A stretch of DNA of 61,869 bases, counting the filler. It is 10 parts of 10 records of this genome, joined end to end, with 100 filler letters (N's around TTAATTAATTAA, not from the genome) between each part and the next. Parts side by side here need not be neighbours in the genome. Positions count along the whole stretch, not along the records: positions 6,900 to 19,090 come from SRR7504441_9338; positions 19,191 to 23,954 come from SRR7504441_9343; 8 more parts are not named here. The stretch is one strand, 5' to 3'. The translations under genes and the position numbers were made by a program. Shown here piece by piece: positions 11,201 through 22,555 of this stretch; the stretch's first letter is position 1; the number at the start of each line of letters is the position of its first letter. The notes under the pieces are model-generated. The model was given only the letters and a program-made list of their open reading frames with translations, had not been told where the DNA came from and did no database searches.

Positions 11201-14200
11201 TTCGATCAGGTCAATCATTGCATCCTCGGCTAAGCCAATATCTAATGTGCCAGCTTCAGCTCCCATTAATACGGTCTTGAGACGACTGAAAGCCGTGAGG
11301 GCATGCTCAGGCTCAGCAGAAGGCGACCATTGCTCGAGAATCCAATAAGTCGGATCGGGCAGTAGCTGACTGCGCAAGTGAGATGGATATAGGTCGATTT
11401 CATCAGCAAGCCACTCCATGAGTGAAGGGCTGAGGCTCAGCGCGTGTGCGAGAGCGCCTTCGCCGCCCAGATGGTGAAGGGCCTGGAGCATATACTTCTT
11501 AGGTCCCTCCTCTGTAAGCAGCCTGCGGAGCGACCACTGCTCCATCTTGCCTTCTCCTGCTGCACCCATGTGAGAATTGCCAGTAGCCTTCTTAGAAGGG
11601 GCTGTCCTCGAGGGCTCTAATTTGAGGACTACTTTAGCATACGCGTGCAAACTTGCTTGGACTCTGACAAGTGATGTCAGGTACGCCTCGGTAGAAACAC
11701 CAGGCATGCCCCCGCCACAGGCGGCAATTTCCCATTCCTTCTCGCTGATTGGCACTGAAGTTGATTGTGCTACCTGCTTTTCGCAAACCTGGCTGAGCAT
11801 CTGGCGTCGAAACAGCGAAGAATCACAGACTTTGCTGTCAGAAGCCCAAACAGCATCGTGTACAGCTTTCACTGGGGTCATCGCAAGTAAAGAAGAGACA
11901 ACTTGTCGCTGATAGCACAAGCTTCCACGGTCCTGAACCGCCATGATTGCTTGCAACCCACAGCCGGCAGGCCCACTCACTGCAAACTCCATGAAGAAGG
12001 ACAACAGCGTTGGCAGCGCTGGATGGCTGGACAGCATGTCTATTGATGGCCGTGTGAGCACTACCTGCGCTGCATAATCGGCGATCAGAGCATTTACCAT
12101 GTCTACATCGGCATTGCTGACGCAAGAGGCCACGGAAATGCAAAATTCGACCGAAGGTTCCCAGTGCCTACATAGCCCGAGCAGTTCTTTGAAAATGGAC
12201 AGCAGCTGATCGGTCCGACTTGTATCCTGCGCCTCAGCATCTAGCGTGTGAACTCCGTGTTGGCCAAAGAGCAAATTCAACTCATCTGTACCGATGACCA
12301 CTTCTTCATCAGACTCGTCCTCTGCATCTTCGTATTTGTCGTCATCGTCGTCGCCATCTTTATTAGTGTCTTGGGCCTCCTTTTCCTTAGTCTGGGCACG
12401 CTGTGATCTGATCAACTCCAACACAGCTGCCATGGTCCTGAGTCCCATCCATCCAGCAAAATAATCAGGAATTACTCCATCACTGTCCCCATGTTGTGTC
12501 ATCAAGCAGTGATAAATGCTCTTGCTCTGCGTGACCAAGTAGCAGAAGTGATTAAACTCTTCAAGGCTGGAAGCATTGTCCAGATACTGCCATAGTATCT
12601 CGTTTGTTGTGCGAATGATCGCTAAATCAAGTCGAATCAGATTTTCTCGTAATGGTTTCCCCTCCGCGCAAAAAGACTCTCCGTTTTCACGGTCTTGTAA
12701 CTGGTCCAGTCGGCGCGCCAGGGTGCTGATAAGGCCCGGAAGCTGAGTTTGGGACACCAGCAAGCAAATCCGGTCCAGCTGGTCTGAGACATGCCACAGA
12801 GCGACGTGAACTCCATGTGGAGAGACCTGTCCGCCCAAGAGAAAACTGATCACGTGCTTATACAGAGACACTTGCGATTGGAAGGGAAGGCCGGGAAAGC
12901 GTGGCATAGTCAGCGCAACAACATCATGCAGATAGGCTAGGCCATGCGGGGACCACGCATTCACAACATCTTCTCCCAGCATCGCCACACAAGCTCGATA
13001 CATGGGAAATTCGTCAACTTCAGCAAGCGCCTGGAGAACATCCTTGGAACCTATCACCTCGATGAGTCGATGAGAGAAGGGAAATTGAGCAACCAGTGGC
13101 CCATGGCGTCCACTGTTAGGTGTGCTTTCGTTGTGCACAGCCTTGCCAGAGGGGAGCATCCATGGGTTTGAAGCAGACGAGACTGGCACGTTACACACCA
13201 TTATCTGTGCGAGACGGAACCATAGCGACTCACAGCCACCCCCAAATTGTTCTAGAAGCAAGACATTAAAGTTCGTATCCAGGACAGCAATGATCACCAC
13301 AAGAGCACGCACAATGGTTTCTTCCAGGGCAGTCCATACCTTTTGGCGTAGGGAGCCTCCGTCAGATTTCATTGCAAGTGCTGTGTGGAAATGAAGTCCG
13401 TCATGCTTGACTTCGCTGTTTGCCTCTAGCACCTTGAACAAAAGCTGCTCGAGAATACCCAGGAAATCTGAACTCTCGGACCACTTGATCATGGTCAAAA
13501 ATCGGTGCGCATGCATATCCTGGCCTTCTGATGAGGCAACTGACGGAGCCTGACAACGTGACAAAGCACTTGAGAATCTCCGCCGAATCGTGGCACGAAT
13601 GTCCCAATCCAACGCCCTGAGAAGATCTGCGGACGCTGTTTGTAGCATCCACTTGGTCGTCAGAGAGCCTCGGTGAGGCCGAAGATCATCTAGAAATGCG
13701 CACTGCCAACCTGTGTAATCAAGAACCCAGTGCCTCTGCCTACTCTCCAACGAAGGCGGGAGGTGCACTATGAAGACGACATTAGCATTTCGAGGAAGCT
13801 GCTCCGAGGAGCAGAGATATTGAACATGGTTTATCATTGTCTGAGAACATTCGAAAGGGTCGCACTGTATGATCAACATTTGTGTCTGATCAGACGCACC
13901 TTCGGCAAATGAAGCTAGAACATTCCGCATGTGCTTTTGACTGGGCACGTCTACCAACTGTAATAATGTAACTGCCCAGCTTTGAGCCTGCAAGAGTTCT
14001 AAACACTCAAGACCAAGATGTGACGTTGGAGAATGTGTGACGATAATCAAATTCTTGGATGTGTTGGGCTCATTATGCACTTTTGACATCAGGAGTGCCA
14101 TAAGATCAGATCTCTCTTCAAAGTAGTTCGGTACAAACGCTTCGAGCAGAGGCGAAGCTATAACTGCTGTTGGCAGTGCAGTTGCTGCTAGGGCTGATTT

Positions 14201-17200
14201 TATGTCATCTATACAGGACAAGCTGTCATGGTTGTCGTCAAGATCTGACATGAAGAGCACCAGTGACGGAACTGTACCTTCGTGATAACCTGCAAACAGA
14301 TCTTGTTTGCTCGGCATCTCAGTATCACTGAGAATTTCCTCGATCCAGGCTTCGATCTGAGAGACTGCGTCCTTCTGGTTAGGACATAGCACGTCTTGCC
14401 ACCTGAACAGCTGCTTTTCGAAACGATTGAGAAGCGGCAGATCCAGATGGTCGTATGCATGGTTCCGCTCGACAATGACAATTAGCTTGAAACCCTCAGA
14501 TACTGTACACAAAGTAGAGCGCGTGCCTATGGCCATCCGTAGCATACGTGTCGACGAGCCATCTTCGTCTGTGCGAACCACATACCGTTGATTCAGGACG
14601 TCATAGAGAGCCTCGTAAATTGAATCTAGGTTAATAAGGACAAGCACGCTGCCATTTGCCATGGCTTGTTTCACCTCGTGAATTTGTTCAAGTAAGTAAA
14701 AGTCGTTGAAGTCGTCCGGAAAACAGGAGCCATGGAGAACTTTGAAAGAACGGGGGAGAATCCGTTTAATGAGAGAAAGAGCCGCGCAGTTCCTGGTGAG
14801 GAGCATCAGGTGCCTTGCATCATCATCGTCCAGGCATGCGAGGGCTAGCTCAGACACCCGCGGCCGCTCCCAGTCTTCGGCTGGGATGTCACTGAAGCAC
14901 GAGTGATGGAATACTGACAGAACTTTATCAATCACCTCAGGCTTTCCTCCGAAATTTCGGCAGAGTGCAATACACAAGCGTCGAGGATCATCCAAGGCTG
15001 GGTCTTTGCGAAGCAGTTTAATCAGTTGATAATAGTCTCGCATGCCGATGAAATCACGACCATCTTGCTGAGTATAGATCTGATGGTATGCTTCTGCAAT
15101 TTTACCAAGCGCGTCTTCAACTGTCTTACCCGATTTCGTGATTATTCGCTGACCCGTGAACTGTATGTCAAGCGCACTAGGCTGTGGGCGTTGGAGGCAA
15201 ATGGCTCTGTTCATTTTGGCGGGATCTAAGACCCAGTTGGAAAGCCCGACGATAGCGACCTCTGGATCGAGCAGAATGGTGTGCAGCACCTTCAGTGGCA
15301 TGTGTGGCGAATGTTCTGCAAGGCCAACTTCATCCAAAAGAAGGACTGTAATGCAATCTTGTGCGTGTTGCTGGTACCGCGTCGCAATCCTGAACTGTTG
15401 CTCGATCCCTTCAGCTGTACTCAGTGGAGAGCATTGGTACGCGAATATGTAGACACTGGGATATTGATGCCAAAATTCGTGGAGAGACTGCTTTCCCTGA
15501 AGATTTGAGGCAATGACTTGCAAGGTTAGAGTTTTTGAGGACCCGGGTTTCCCCACAACAAAAACAGGGATTCGGTTCAGGATGCAAACGGTAACCACGA
15601 ACAAATTCTCACGAAGGGCGTCATTCATGGCGATGGTATCATCCACAGCCATATGCTTTGTCAGCCTCTTCTGACCGAGTGTCACGATCTTTGAAAATGC
15701 ACCTGGCTGGAGAAGTACGGAGAATCCTGGCGATTTTGTGTGGTCCATACCTTTGACAGGCTTGTTTGGTAGACGCTGTATGTCAACCACGCCCATACGG
15801 TGCAAGACCTCAAGGAGTTCATGCCAATATGCGTTGCGAAAGTCCTGATCCCCAATCCGGTAATAATAGACGTGAGCCAGTGCCAGCACGCACGCATTCA
15901 CAAACGGCGATAGGAGGACCTTTTTCGGACCCAGTGGAATAAAGAACTTCACGAGGCGCAGAACGCGCTTAACATCTCGAAGCGAAGTAGCCGAGACGTC
16001 TCCCTCGAATCTTCGAACATAAAGCTGGGAAGTAACGATCATCTCAGCAAGAATCTTGCAGTTGCGCGCTTCTGACGAGTCACCCAGGTAACGCGAAACC
16101 ATTGCGTGGCACGAAAGCCGCTCCATCTCCTCCGGGAGCTGCCCAAAATCGAACAGAAGTTCATGCATACTCTGAGGGAGTGGATGGACACGGTACACGA
16201 GAGACTCCATCAAAGCATCCTGTTCACTCCTCCTGCCGTCTCCCGTACCGGATGTTTCAAACACTAGGCCAGCAGCAGGACTAGCGTTCACCGGCCTGCG
16301 CCTGTAGGGATTCGCAGCTGCAAGAATTTGGATCTGCTCGGCTATCCGTCTTCCGTTGAGAGAGCGATGGACAATAGCTTCGCACACGAGACCCATCGAT
16401 GCACAGGTATTGCACTCATCGAGGAAGACATAAATCTCAGGTGCATCCTCCGAAGCCAAAGCTTCTTCTGCAGATGCAAAAATATCTAAAATGTCCTGAT
16501 CTTCGGTTCCACCGTGCACGTTAAGGACAAATAGTTTGACTCCCAGCCAAGCACACAGATATGAGACTAGCATTGTCTTTCCACAGCCACACTCACCCAT
16601 CAAGATCACAGGGATGCCGCAGCGGATGCGGACAAACACTGCAAGAATTTTGAGGAGCGTATCCCATGTTAAAGCATATGCTCCCCCCAGTAGAGCATCT
16701 GCCTGCGAGGCCTCTATCTGTCGGTCTGTTAGTGCACTCAGAATCTTGTAAAACTTTCTGTTCTGCCCTCCAATGGTTGACGTCTTATCTTTGTGCATAT
16801 CGTCGACGAGCCTATCGAAATCAGTCGCAAGATAATCACCGACAGTGATGCGATTGGTCTCAAGGTGCTGCAGCAATAATGGATGCATCGAATTCCTCAT
16901 GGCCTTGGGAGTTGTGCTGAGAAAGTAAACGGAATACGATTTGTTTGAAAAAAGCATGCATTCGTGATTACTTTCATTCCAGGTCAGTGTCGTATCTTCC
17001 ATAAAGAATCTGTCTCCGTCATCTTCCAGGTCTTCTGGGGCACTGCCTTCCTCTTCTGCCCCGAATTGGTTTACTTTGATTTTCATAGTGACCTCATTGA
17101 CATCTGGCGGCATGTACATCCATTCTCCTGTGATTTCACTAGATACAGAAATAGCAAACGCGCCTTCTTCCAGGGTGCAGACTGGAGAGATCTGCCACAT

Positions 17201-19090
17201 CGTCTCGCCGGCATTCCAGATCAAATGGCGGCGGTGGTCTGCGGATTCCTGCATCAGGTAGTGCGGTTTCCCAGCAACATCGTCATATGGAGGTTGTCGC
17301 ATGTAGATACCATTCAGATCTTTGGTCTTGCACCCTCTCACAGTCACTGCGCATGCTGCATGCCCCTCCACATTCTTTGAATGTGTGAGTGACATGGTTC
17401 TATCACTGTCCCAACCGGGCGAGGTGGTCCACATACTTTGGATATCACCATCAGTCGAACAAGAAAATACAGGCCCGCTAGGCATGATCACGTCGTCAAT
17501 AACCCACTGATTAGTCACACCGCGGTAGTACAACCAGAACACGTCCTTGCCAAACACGGGCTTACCGTCATTGGAAAAGCTCTGCCGGTACCAGTAACCA
17601 TTGAATTGGCTCCTGCTCATGTCGAAAAACACAATAGATTCAATTTGTCCCTGCTTGCTCGTATCGCTTTTGCATCTCCTCGTGCAAAACTCTGCCATAC
17701 AGTTCATAAGTTACCTACACCCCATTTGGGTCTCACCTGCAGCCGTTTTACAGAGGAAGTACACCATTTCCGCCTTGATTTTACTCTTGTTGACCACGTC
17801 ATCGTCGCCTTCCGCCTTTGGGTCGGGCATGCACGCCTGCGCAATAGGCGAGTCGCGATGATGTATCTGCTTGAGTTCCCAGTAGAGCACATTCACAAAG
17901 TTCCATAGGCTCAGAAGCGACACGGCACTCCGGCTTTGCAACTCCGAGTACTGGAGCAGTAGGTCAAAACAGCGAGAAGCAACAATCTCCTGACCCGGCG
18001 CGGGTCCTTCGTAGTCTAGAGGGAAGCCTCTCTGCTGTTGGTGGATATCCAGTGCTGCACATACATAGCGCAGCCTTTCATGGCAGGACGGGCTGCAAAG
18101 CGAGGTAGCAGCTGAAGCAGTTGTGCCATCAAATCGAGCAGACTCCATCTGGACAACGCCCATTCCGTTCAGGAGTGTAGCATAGTCTGAGCGAAAGTTT
18201 TCCCTGGAAGCTTTCGCCTTTACCTGTGGTAATAGCATGGGAGAACGAACCCGAGCGCACAATTCGCCAGAAGCCATTTCAAAAGCAAGTCGGCAGGCTT
18301 CAGGCGTCGAAACGTAAATCAACCGGCCAGTATTGGTTTCGACGAGACCCTCGTAGAACATGAGCTGCCACAAAACCGAGTCTATTCCACCGAGCACAGG
18401 AGAGGCTAGGTCCACATGAAGCATCAGCCGGCCGTCCAAGCAGTAGGAATCACCAGACATCCGAGCTCTGACGGCTGTACAGTCCATCTTGACGTAGTGC
18501 ACAATCTTACCTAAAGGGACTGGCAACCGGCGGAGACTCTGAATGGGCGATGCTGACCCACAACGTTCATGCGTTCCCAACAGAAAGGTATGAATCAGTC
18601 TTAGGCGCTCAATTGCACCCAAGTCAGCGGGGCGATTTCTGACCAAAGCAGTCCTCTGTGATAAGTGCGCCATGAAAGCTGGTAACGACATTGTGTAGTT
18701 TACCGGCACATGGACATATTCATGCCCAGACTCGACTGCAGCGCAGCGCACATTGAAGGTCTTTCCGCCCCCGCTGAACAACGACGTATGCGCAGCAACG
18801 CTCGCACCTTCAGGTGTCAGGGATTCCCGGCCCATCAGACAACGAGCGATTCTTTGCAGCTCAATTAGTGGCAACGGCTCTGCCGACACCCTGGCGTGGT
18901 TGTACTGTGCAACAAGATGTTGCCTCTCAGTAGCCCCAGAAACGAGCAGGAGTGGAGCACTACCAGGCACAGGCTCTCCGATTGCCGATGCAAGTTGCCG
19001 CTGCTTGGTGTATGAAAGCTCCTCCGTGGCAGCAATACAGTACACGCCCGAACTTCGGTCCGGATCGCAGCATTTCCATCGGGCGATCAG
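8250..19090 (-). CDS. RNF213: RNF213/mysterin-like giant AAA+ ATPase with RZ-finger E3 module (5'-partial, >3,400 aa)
   Basis: AAA modules PVILMGECGCGKT...VFLDECNT and VVGKPGSSKTL...LLLDEVGLAEHSPHMPLKVLH; LYDVLNQRY and PLLNRFEKQ; RZ finger WYFCENGHPYSVGECTMPMETATCGHPGCGAPIGG|ANH. Introns 17692-17736, 10589-10629, 10485-10525 and five further 39-50-nt introns join the ORFs to the stop at 8250. Confidence 0.88.
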
Positions 19091-19190
19091 NNNNNNNNNN
19101 NNNNNNNNNNNNNNNNNNNNNNNNNNNNNNNNNNTTAATTAATTAANNNNNNNNNNNNNNNNNNNNNNNNNNNNNNNNNNNNNNNNNNNN
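19091..19190. other. Artificial contig-joining spacer
   Basis: 44 N + TTAATTAATTAA + 44 N. Confidence 0.99.
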
Positions 19191-20113
19191 ACGGACACTG
19201 TAAAGTATTGGCGATGCGAAATAGTGGGTGCGCCCGACCTCCGCAGGCGCTAAAAACATGCGGTATCTTTGGTTAGTACGAGTACACGCACAAGCAAGTC
19301 GCCGGGGGGCTGGTGTGGGTGGGGCTGGTCACCTGGCTGGCACCTGCCATACCCAGTCTGTTGGCAGGTCGCCCATAGTGCAGCAATCTGCATAGACAAC
19401 TATTATATACGTAGCTCTCAGTCAATGGGTGGTGATCGATAGATCGTATGGTCTTCACGTGAGTTGGTGTTTCACTCTCAACTGGTATATATTCCAAGTC
19501 CTAGAGCTAGATGCGGGCAGGCCAACTAGCTCCGGGCGACCCACCGGTGGAGGGTCTTGTGCTCCCGGAAGAATGGGGCCGCCTGCGCCCCAGCTGATGA
19601 GCCCGCGGCCCGCGAAAGGCTAGATGGCGCGGGTGGGGCAGTCGGCAGGTCAGCGTTGGATCTCACGAGACGAATGTCGGTCACTAGCGTGATTCCACAG
19701 CCTACGAGGGTATTGTGCTCTAGCAATCATCCTATCTGCCAGCTGCAGGCCAGAGTCCTAGGCCAGGGTGGCAGGGGGCGTTACCGCTCAGATGGCCCGC
19801 ATGCCTCGGCGGATAACTTGAACGTTCGTCGGGGGGCTGTACCCGAATGGTCAGCGCGGAGCCGGCGCCTAGGAATTAGGGGCGAGGCTCATCAAGCCTC
19901 GGAGTGAGCTGGATTAGTAAGCTATCATCAAAGGGGTCGGCGCTTTGCAGCGCTGTCATTCAGCAGACCATCGTGAAAGAGTATCGTCATCGGCGGCACG
20001 ACGCGACACGGCACACGAGGAAGGTCACCTTGCAACGCGCTCGGCCCTGCCTCTCGAGGGTCGATTTGTGGCTGCACACGCGACAGGATTTAAACGGAAC
20101 CGGCCAGATCTGA

Positions 20114-21175
20114 ATGGCACGCCTGCTCCTACCTCGCCTGCTCCTCCCTCTCCTGTGGGCCCTGATGGTCAGCGCGGACACCCCGGTGGGCCCGGAGACG
20201 GACTGGTTCCAAAAAGCCGCCCGGGGTGTCTTCACCCACTACCTCGACGGACTGCAGAACCACGGGGGGAGCAACTCGCAGGGGCGCAACACAACGTGGG
20301 CCGACGCCGTGGACGAGCTCGACGTCGAGGCGTACGCCGAGTCTGCGGCCCGCGCTGGTGCGAGGTACGCCGTGATTACGATGATGCAAGGGGGCCGTAC
20401 CATGATTGCCCCGAATGCGGTCTACGATCGGTACACAGGATACCAGCCCGGAGAGGCGTGTGCCCGCAGGGACCTGGTGCTGGACCTGTACGAGGCGCTG
20501 GCCAAGCGGAAGCTGAAGCTGCTGCTCTACTGGACGGGGGACGGTCCGCACATGGATCACCAGGCTTCAGCAGGGCTCGGGATGCCCAACTGCCCCGGCC
20601 AGCCCACGATCAAGTGCGATTGCCGGTTGGGATGTCCCGACAAGCCCGGGGACGGGGTGCCGGCGCTCTTCGCTCAGCGATGGGCCGACGTGCTTGGTGA
20701 GTACGCGGTGCGGTACGGCGGCAAAGTGGCCGGGTGGTGGATCGATGGCTGCTATGAGCCTTGGTATGGCCAGAGCGGTGGAACCCGCCAGACCAAGCTC
20801 AAGCCGTATTACGAGGCGATCCGCCGCGGCAACCCGCAGGCTCTGATCGCTTTCAATAATGGAGTGGGCCACCCGATTGCGAAGCAGCGGTACACTCTTT
20901 GGGAGGACTTCACCTGCGGAGAGAGCGACGATTTCACTGACGTGCCAGTGTCCCGCTCGGTCCAGGGTGCCCAGTGGCATACACTCGGCTTTCTCGGTGC
21001 AGCCTGGGGAGCGCCGGGCACCAGCCGATACAACGCGACAGCGATGCGGCTGTACAGCAAGGCGGTGGCGGCAGGCGGTGGGGTTCTCACGGTCGACTTG
21101 CAATTGTTGCGGAACGGGAGCATGAATCCGCACCAGGTTGACCTGCTCGCGCAAGCATGGGCCGGTCTTGCCTGA
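20114..21175 (+). CDS. Secreted GH29 (alpha-L-fucosidase)-like glycoside hydrolase, intronless
   Basis: Signal peptide; WFQKAARGVFTHY, AARAGARYAVIT, RRDLVLDLYEAL...LLLYW, RYGGKVAGWWIDG (candidate nucleophile Asp), NPQALIAFN. Confidence 0.8.
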   Translation: MARLLLPRLLLPLLWALMVSADTPVGPETDWFQKAARGVFTHYLDGLQNHGGSNSQGRNTTWADAVDELDVEAYAESAARAGARYAVITMMQGGRTMIAPNAVYDRYTGYQPGEACARRDLVLDLYEALAKRKLKLLLYWTGDGPHMDHQASAGLGMPNCPGQPTIKCDCRLGCPDKPGDGVPALFAQRWADVLGEYAVRYGGKVAGWWIDGCYEPWYGQSGGTRQTKLKPYYEAIRRGNPQALIAFNNGVGHPIAKQRYTLWEDFTCGESDDFTDVPVSRSVQGAQWHTLGFLGAAWGAPGTSRYNATAMRLYSKAVAAGGGVLTVDLQLLRNGSMNPHQVDLLAQAWAGLA

Positions 21176-21327
21176 AAGGATAGGGGATCTTTTGAGCAAA
21201 CAATTAAAATGTTCAATCCTTCGTCATTAATAATCGCTAGCTTTATACGTAAGTACAGCTCGTCATAATAATCGCTTCCAAGCAATTCATTTTGAATGCT
21301 GTGCTCAAGTCATCTATGTGAGCTCGC

Positions 21328-22495
21328 TCAAAAGATTCCAGATCTGGGCGAGCAAAACGCTCCCGCACCGAGTCCCGTCAACGGCTCGGCATATCTCCCC
21401 GCCTGGATCGCCGACGCGTCCGGCTGCACGGCTCATCAGCAGCCGTCAGGCGGGCAGCGCACCCTGATCGGGGTAGCGTATTTGCTGTTGCCGTACTCTG
21501 GCACAGGGAAGTGATAGCCCGTGACCGCCTCCCTGTGTGTCGGCAAGTATTTGCATTGCGCCTCATGATAATGCGAGCTGTCCGCCAGCCATTCACACCG
21601 GGCCAGCCAGACGCCCACCGCCCCTCCGACGGCACCACGCCAAACCGGTCTTCCACGTTGCCTCCCTGCCTTGTCGACAGCATATATCCATTGTCAAGAG
21701 GGCGCGACACGGCTCCAGGGTGCGCGTAAGCACCGCCGCCGTACCCCGGCTGCGGCGGGGCCGGCCGCTGCCCGTTCATCTTGTCCACGTCGTCCGGGCC
21801 GACCCAGCGCAGCGGGGGCTTGGCAGTTAACTCCGAAGGGTCGTACACACCTCGCTTGTGCAGCTGAGTGAATCCTGCACAGTCTGCGTGCTCCCTCGAG
21901 TGCTGCCCCCGCCCGCTCAGTATCCAGTTACCGGCGGGCGCGCACATCCGGCGCCCAGACACCGCCGCCGTATCCCGGTGGTGGGACGGTGCCCTCGTTC
22001 CGGGAGCCCATGGCTTTGGGCACTGGCCGAGCTTCCAGTGGGTTGCGGGGCTCCTTGATGGCAGTGCGGCCGCCCGGCGCGATGTAGGAATGCTGCCGGC
22101 CCCTGTCAGGCCCACCCCCACCCCCAGGCCGCACCCCCCGCCAGGCGCCCTCGCCGTATGGCTGCTTGGTACTGTTTAGCCGTTTCTCACGGCACTGGCT
22201 GTCGATCCCGGTGCCCTTGGACAGCTTGCGCTCGCTGGCCACCAGCGATGGATCCTCGATGTACCGCTCGCCCCGCTGCTCCGGCGACATGTGCGTGTAT
22301 TCCAGTTTGTACTTGTCGAAGGCACCAGTGCCGTAGTCGCGCGGCTTGAACGGCCGAGCCACCTGCCGGCGCTCGCGGGCTGGCCGGAAGGGTGGGGGGC
22401 ACGTCGGCGCGCGGCTCCTGGTAGCCGACCTTGGGCTGCCTATTGATCGGCCGGGCGTAGTGCCCGCTGCCGTACGAGGGAGCTTTGTGGTACAT
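21328..22495 (-). CDS. Hypothetical Pro/Gly/Tyr-rich protein with several short introns
   Basis: MYHKAPSYGSGHYARP...; short GT-AG introns connect ORFs 22187-22543, 21928-22722, 21378-22121 and 21436-21618 and end ...SPRSGIF*. Internal repeat PPPGYGGGVWAP / PQPGYGGGAYAH. Confidence 0.5.
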
Positions 22496-22555
22496 CGGGT
22501 CAGTCGGGAGCCGGCTGAGTAACGGACACTGCCTCCTCGACACCGGGACGAGTCC

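Noticed and set aside
19570-19645. CTGATGAG...CGAAA resembling a hammerhead ribozyme core
   Set aside because: Stem II has only about 2 bp, and no NUH cleavage triplet is correctly placed next to stems I and III in any topology I tried.
19832-19905. GGGGCTGTACCCGAATGGTCAG... resembling a tRNA 5' end
   Set aside because: No TTC T-loop, anticodon stem or complementary acceptor stem.
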